Positions 6,837 to 10,606 of a stretch of DNA of 10,606 nucleotides are shown here, piece after piece. Under the pieces are notes generated by a model. The model saw only the letters and a program-made list of their open reading frames with translations. It made no database searches and was not told the DNA's origin. Made by a program: the position numbers and the translations under genes. How positions within the stretch are numbered: the first letter of the stretch is position 1; the number at the start of each line of letters is the position of its first letter. Source of the stretch: a virus; UHGV virus genome UHGV-0084128. One strand, 5' to 3'.

Positions 6837-6953
6837 ATCAATTTCCATATTTAAAAAACCGGAAACATCCTAATGACAAAACATTCAAATGTGAAGTAGG
6901 CAAAAGATGTTTACTTTTTTCATGGTATCCTGCTCAAAACTAAGGAGGTTGGC

Positions 6954-7343
6954 GTGAAGCAATTTCTTACTGCTATGTTCTTATTCATATCTTTTGGGGC
7001 TACAGCAGAGTGCTGGGTCGTTGGAGATATGCGCGGAATAAGCTATTCAGAACGAAATAATTTCCATCCGGAAGAAGATGGTTTTAGTGGAACATTCATC
7101 ATTAAGACAAACGGTGAAGATGCCAGCATCACATATTCTGGGACAGATGCGGGCGGCATGGCTTACAAAGCATTGTCTAAAAACTCCATCATAGGAATCG
7201 GCGCGAATGGCGAAACTCAACGCGTTATCGACTCATGGGTAATACATCCTACTGGAACAGTTTTAATGTCAAAAACCATTTCCGGTTATGGAAATATGGA
7301 TTCAACCAAAGCTTTTGTTGGAAAAGTAAAAAGAAAATGTTAG
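6954..7343 (+). CDS. Secreted or periplasmic protein of unknown function (129 aa precursor)
   Basis: GTG start with strong SD AGGAGG (6943-6948, 5-nt spacing); signal peptide MKQFLTAMFLFISFGATA with A-x-A cleavage site; mature protein has Cys at both ends; convergent with gene 16 and divergent from the lipoprotein gene. Confidence 0.65.
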   Translation: MKQFLTAMFLFISFGATAECWVVGDMRGISYSERNNFHPEEDGFSGTFIIKTNGEDASITYSGTDAGGMAYKALSKNSIIGIGANGETQRVIDSWVIHPTGTVLMSKTISGYGNMDSTKAFVGKVKRKC

Positions 7344-7367
7344 CGATTGAATCCAATTTCCCATACG

Positions 7368-9209
7368 TTACTGCTGTGTTGCCTCAGTAGCAAACAGCGG
7401 TCTGATGGCATTCGCAGCGTTATTTATCGCTCTTTCATAGGCTGGTGTTCCTGCTTTGGTGTTTGCCAAACGAAGAAGCATATTCCTTGCTGCTTTGGAC
7501 TCATACAAGCGCATCATTGCACCAAAACCAGCCTCAAGCCCCATTGATACGCCAAGGGTCGCAGTTGCGCCAATCGTCCTTATCCTGTTGGCTTGCGATT
7601 GCCCCGTCTGAGTTACTACATTTGCGGTGTCTGACCTTGCTGTTTGCTGTAGAACTTCATGAAGAGCATCAAGCTCTTTCATGTGCTTTCCAGAAAAAAT
7701 AGTGTTGTAAATTTCACCGCCTGACTGAGATTTCAGCTTATTAACTTCAGTGATGAACTTGGCTGGAGAGTCCCCGGCCTTTTCCGCTATTTTGCTGACG
7801 TAAGCTGCACGCATAGCATCTTTCCCCTTATCATCCAGTGCGCTCCAGATTCGTTTCACGTCAGATGGTTTTCTGCTTAATACAACGGTATTTATAAGTT
7901 CAGGACTGGCTTCACTGCTTGCCTTGTTGAGCTTGTTGGCAATGTTTTTATTAAGCACCTTATTATAAACGTTTGCATAATCGGAATTTGCTTTAAGGTA
8001 TTTTGCTGCGTCTGATGCACCGAGGTTTTTAGCAACTGCGTTACGAAGGTCTTTTGACATTGCATTCTCTACCATATTGGTAGCTGCTTTTGCCTGGTTG
8101 GGGAAGACCATAGCATCTCCCTGAACATTAGATCTAAATGCTGTTCTGTGCTGACGCAAGAGATCAAACGTAACATCCAAATCAGTTGCAGGGTTTGCTA
8201 ATTCTTCACGTAGGTTACGCAAGGATGTAAGCAGGCTTTGATTGGCAGACGTCCCAAGCCGTTCCTGTCTTGCGATCGCTGTATTCAGAGCATTCATGGT
8301 ATTTGTGGTATCAACTGCGGCATTACCCATTTTATTGGTGACGTCATTGATAACAGCGCCAGCGGCATCCTTCCGCCCCCTTAACGTGGTGGTCAGAGAT
8401 TTCACCACATCATCAGGGTTGTACTCACCAAAACGGTCAAAATAATTGCTTACCAGCTTACTCCGCGTTGCATATTGCTCTGCTCGCTTTGAGCCCGTCC
8501 CGAGCAAAGCCCCCTCGGCATCCTGAGTAAGGCCGCGAGTGAAAGCATTTTTCGGCGGGATAACATCAGATGTCATTGGTGTCACGCCCATCGATTCTGA
8601 TGTGGCAATTTTCTTCGCCACTTCTGGCGCAATATCACCTTTTATAGCCGTTATTCCACGCCCTATTCCCTTTGCTGCTGCGGAAAGAACACCCTGAGCG
8701 GCAAGGTTAACTCCGGCATTTTTAGCTGCATTTTGTGCGAAATCGCCTTTCTGATTTGCGGCCTCTGCCAGCGATCCAATAGCCATGCTTCCTGCCGTTC
8801 CAACTCCTGTAACTAAATACCCACCAATTGTTTCACCGGCTTGTGCGTATGGGTCTGTCGGTTTGTCTACTGGACGATAAACATCATCCAAAACTTTTGG
8901 CCCACCAAGCCCCTGACTGATTGCATTAATCAGACTTGCGCCACCCTGCAATACGTCAAATGGTATGTTTACCAGACCACGACCAGCCTGTTCTGCAATT
9001 TGCCCTGCACTTTGACCACCAGTGAGCCAATCGCCAGCTTGTTGCATCAATGATGGTTCTTCACGTACTGGTGCATTATTGGCCTGATTAACTGTTTGTT
9101 GCTGAACAACCTGACCAGCAAAATAATCATCAATGGCGGCTCCAATATCTTCCGTGCTCGTACCATCAGGGAAGGTAAATGTCTTACCGTTTGCAGTTAC
9201 TTTCATCAT
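7368..9209 (-). CDS. 16: DNA-ejection (injection) protein gp16 (613 aa)
   Basis: N-terminus [23 protein letters not shown]… as I recall for P22 gp16; Ala/Gly/Asn-rich; start codon overlaps the stop of the upstream gene. Confidence 0.8.
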   Translation of the reverse strand: MMKVTANGKTFTFPDGTSTEDIGAAIDDYFAGQVVQQQTVNQANNAPVREEPSLMQQAGDWLTGGQSAGQIAEQAGRGLVNIPFDVLQGGASLINAISQGLGGPKVLDDVYRPVDKPTDPYAQAGETIGGYLVTGVGTAGSMAIGSLAEAANQKGDFAQNAAKNAGVNLAAQGVLSAAAKGIGRGITAIKGDIAPEVAKKIATSESMGVTPMTSDVIPPKNAFTRGLTQDAEGALLGTGSKRAEQYATRSKLVSNYFDRFGEYNPDDVVKSLTTTLRGRKDAAGAVINDVTNKMGNAAVDTTNTMNALNTAIARQERLGTSANQSLLTSLRNLREELANPATDLDVTFDLLRQHRTAFRSNVQGDAMVFPNQAKAATNMVENAMSKDLRNAVAKNLGASDAAKYLKANSDYANVYNKVLNKNIANKLNKASSEASPELINTVVLSRKPSDVKRIWSALDDKGKDAMRAAYVSKIAEKAGDSPAKFITEVNKLKSQSGGEIYNTIFSGKHMKELDALHEVLQQTARSDTANVVTQTGQSQANRIRTIGATATLGVSMGLEAGFGAMMRLYESKAARNMLLRLANTKAGTPAYERAINNAANAIRPLFATEATQQ

Positions 9210-10606
9210 TCCACCGTAAATTGAATGCCTGATTTTGAGGTATATGATCCAACCTGATTCCGTGGTTCTCCTGAAGGTGTCGAATCTTGTGCTGGCGCTG
9301 CGTCAGTATTCAATGACATATACCGCTTAACGGCACTCCCCAATGATTCACCTTTTTTAACATCCAACCCCAATATCTGACCGCCATTACGCGATTGTCC
9401 AGGATTGCCATTCGCGCTCATCCACTCAGCTTTAAACTCATTAAACTGCGCGTTTCGTCGCTCAAGGTTTGCCATTGCATCAAGCCATCTTGCGACCGTC
9501 TCAGGGTTATCCATGTCAGTTGGCGCACCCTGCCGAACGATCTCAACGTCTTTATCCGTTGCTGGGCCGGGAGGCAGGAATTTAAGAACCTGACTGTTAA
9601 CAAGGGCATTTTGGCGGATGCGCAAATCACGCAATGTCGTATCGCTTCCGGTAAGTTTTGCGAACATGTTCTGTGCGTTACCGAACAAACCTGTCGTTGG
9701 TTTTTCTGCTCTGAACTGTTGAGCAAGCGCACTCATAGAATTGGCTGAGTTTGATGATGCTGTGGCATTGTTTACAGCCGTCTCGATACCTTTTTCCATG
9801 TTTACTGACAGCTTAGGTGCTTCACTAATCAACTGCTGAGCCTTTTCCTGCGCTTGCTGCATCTTAAACCCGAACTCTTGCTGATCCAGAGCCAAGCGTT
9901 GTGCTGCGATATTGTGCCCAGTCATTGCTGACTGATAGGAAAGGTTTTGCCCTCTCGCCTGAAGTGCTTCACCAGCCTTATTGCTGCGGATTGTCTCTGC
10001 CAGCCTGCCTCGGTCAATTTCACGACCAGCCATCTTATCCTGAACAGCAAACGCCTTTTCTGGTCCAAGCGCACCGAGAGACATAGTAGTCAGCATGTGT
10101 GATAGCTGCTCTGGATTCTGGATACCTGTCTGAATCATCCAGTCAGCATTAGCACCAACGCGATTTAACCTGTCCTTGTTGTCAGTAATGAATTTACTGT
10201 AGGCTTCCGGTCCCTGAGAAAGAGCGACGTTAGCCCTCATGGCTAAATCGCCCATATCGTTGCGTTGCTGATCATTAAGACCAGAAAACGCCTGTTGTGC
10301 CTGTGCAACAAACGCTGGATTTTCCTGGGCAAACTTAAATAGTCCCGACGGATCACCAGAAGCCCATGCATCAGCGTGAACCTTATTGAACGCACTAATC
10401 GCTTTCTGTTGCTGTTCCTGATTGTAAATATCAGCAACTCCAGCCAGACCATGTAACGCGGTCAGACCAACGTTATTTGCACCTGAGCGAGCCAACTCAT
10501 TGTTTTCGCGGATCAGACCAAGCGTTGCGTTAATGTCGCTTGCCTTTGGCGCATTCTCATTTTGCGTACCGATGCCAGCCAGAAAACCACCAGAATTAAT
10601 ACCCTG
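9206..10606 (-). CDS. 20: DNA-ejection protein gp20; 5' end lies beyond the window
   Basis: Reading frame is open from the window edge (…[45 protein letters not shown]…) to TGA at 9206-9208; Ala/Gln-rich; sits immediately upstream of gene 16 as in P22. The ORF-track TTG start at 10495 is not the true start. Confidence 0.75.
   Translation of the reverse strand, partial: QGINSGGFLAGIGTQNENAPKASDINATLGLIRENNELARSGANNVGLTALHGLAGVADIYNQEQQQKAISAFNKVHADAWASGDPSGLFKFAQENPAFVAQAQQAFSGLNDQQRNDMGDLAMRANVALSQGPEAYSKFITDNKDRLNRVGANADWMIQTGIQNPEQLSHMLTTMSLGALGPEKAFAVQDKMAGREIDRGRLAETIRSNKAGEALQARGQNLSYQSAMTGHNIAAQRLALDQQEFGFKMQQAQEKAQQLISEAPKLSVNMEKGIETAVNNATASSNSANSMSALAQQFRAEKPTTGLFGNAQNMFAKLTGSDTTLRDLRIRQNALVNSQVLKFLPPGPATDKDVEIVRQGAPTDMDNPETVARWLDAMANLERRNAQFNEFKAEWMSANGNPGQSRNGGQILGLDVKKGESLGSAVKRYMSLNTDAAPAQDSTPSGEPRNQVGSYTSKSGIQFTVE

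Noticed and set aside
244-6848. ORF-track N-terminal extensions for the zinc-ribbon gene (244), the 114-aa gene (530), int (1440 GTG), ant (5894), arc (6121) and the lipoprotein (6848)
   Set aside because: In each case an internal ATG has a better SD and/or gives the N-terminus and length expected for the family (Ant 300 aa, Arc 53 aa, IntS 385 aa, canonical lipoprotein signal).
6652-6873. 73-aa plus-strand ORF antisense to the lipoprotein gene
   Set aside because: Overlaps the lipoprotein signal-peptide region on the opposite strand; no SD.
7347-9053. Plus-strand ORFs (7347-7547, 7445-7702, 8242-8445, 8841-9053) inside gene 16
   Set aside because: Antisense to gp16; Cys/Leu-rich low-complexity translations.
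9395-10452. ORFs on both strands (9395-9748, 9405-9593, 9418-9732, 9901-10086, 10243-10452) inside gene 20
   Set aside because: Out-of-frame or antisense to gp20, whose frame is open through the whole region.
1-10606. Integrated prophage flanked by host DNA, CRISPR array, IS element or defence island
   Set aside because: No host genes, no direct-repeat/spacer array and no transposase are present; attP is intact between xis and int, so this is phage-order DNA and every gene fits a P22-like phage map.

Overview
This window reads as a contiguous stretch of a P22-like temperate podophage genome from an enterobacterial host (HK620/Sf6-like), in the unintegrated configuration with attP intact. All calls rest on reading the sequence and the ORF track and on recollection of protein families; no database search or computation was run. 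On the minus strand, from the right edge: the 3' part of the late operon (ejection proteins gp20, partial, and gp16); an accessory slot where P22 carries sieA, here holding a divergently transcribed lipoprotein and secreted-protein pair; a complete immI region (mnt, Mnt and Arc operators, arc, candidate sar antisense RNA, ant); and a 710-aa tailspike with the conserved head-binding N-terminus. Convergent with the tailspike on the plus strand is a KplE1/IntS-type recombination module: a TorI/AlpA-like xis, an attP whose core matches the 3' end of tRNA-Arg (argW) and is flanked by six GGGTAAAA repeats, and int. Upstream of xis are early-left small genes, each followed by an intrinsic terminator. 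There are no rRNA genes, complete tRNA genes or CRISPR arrays. The most interesting material is the lipoprotein/secreted-protein pair in the sieA slot, the split argW-derived sequence bracketing xis, and the uncharacterised early-left small genes.
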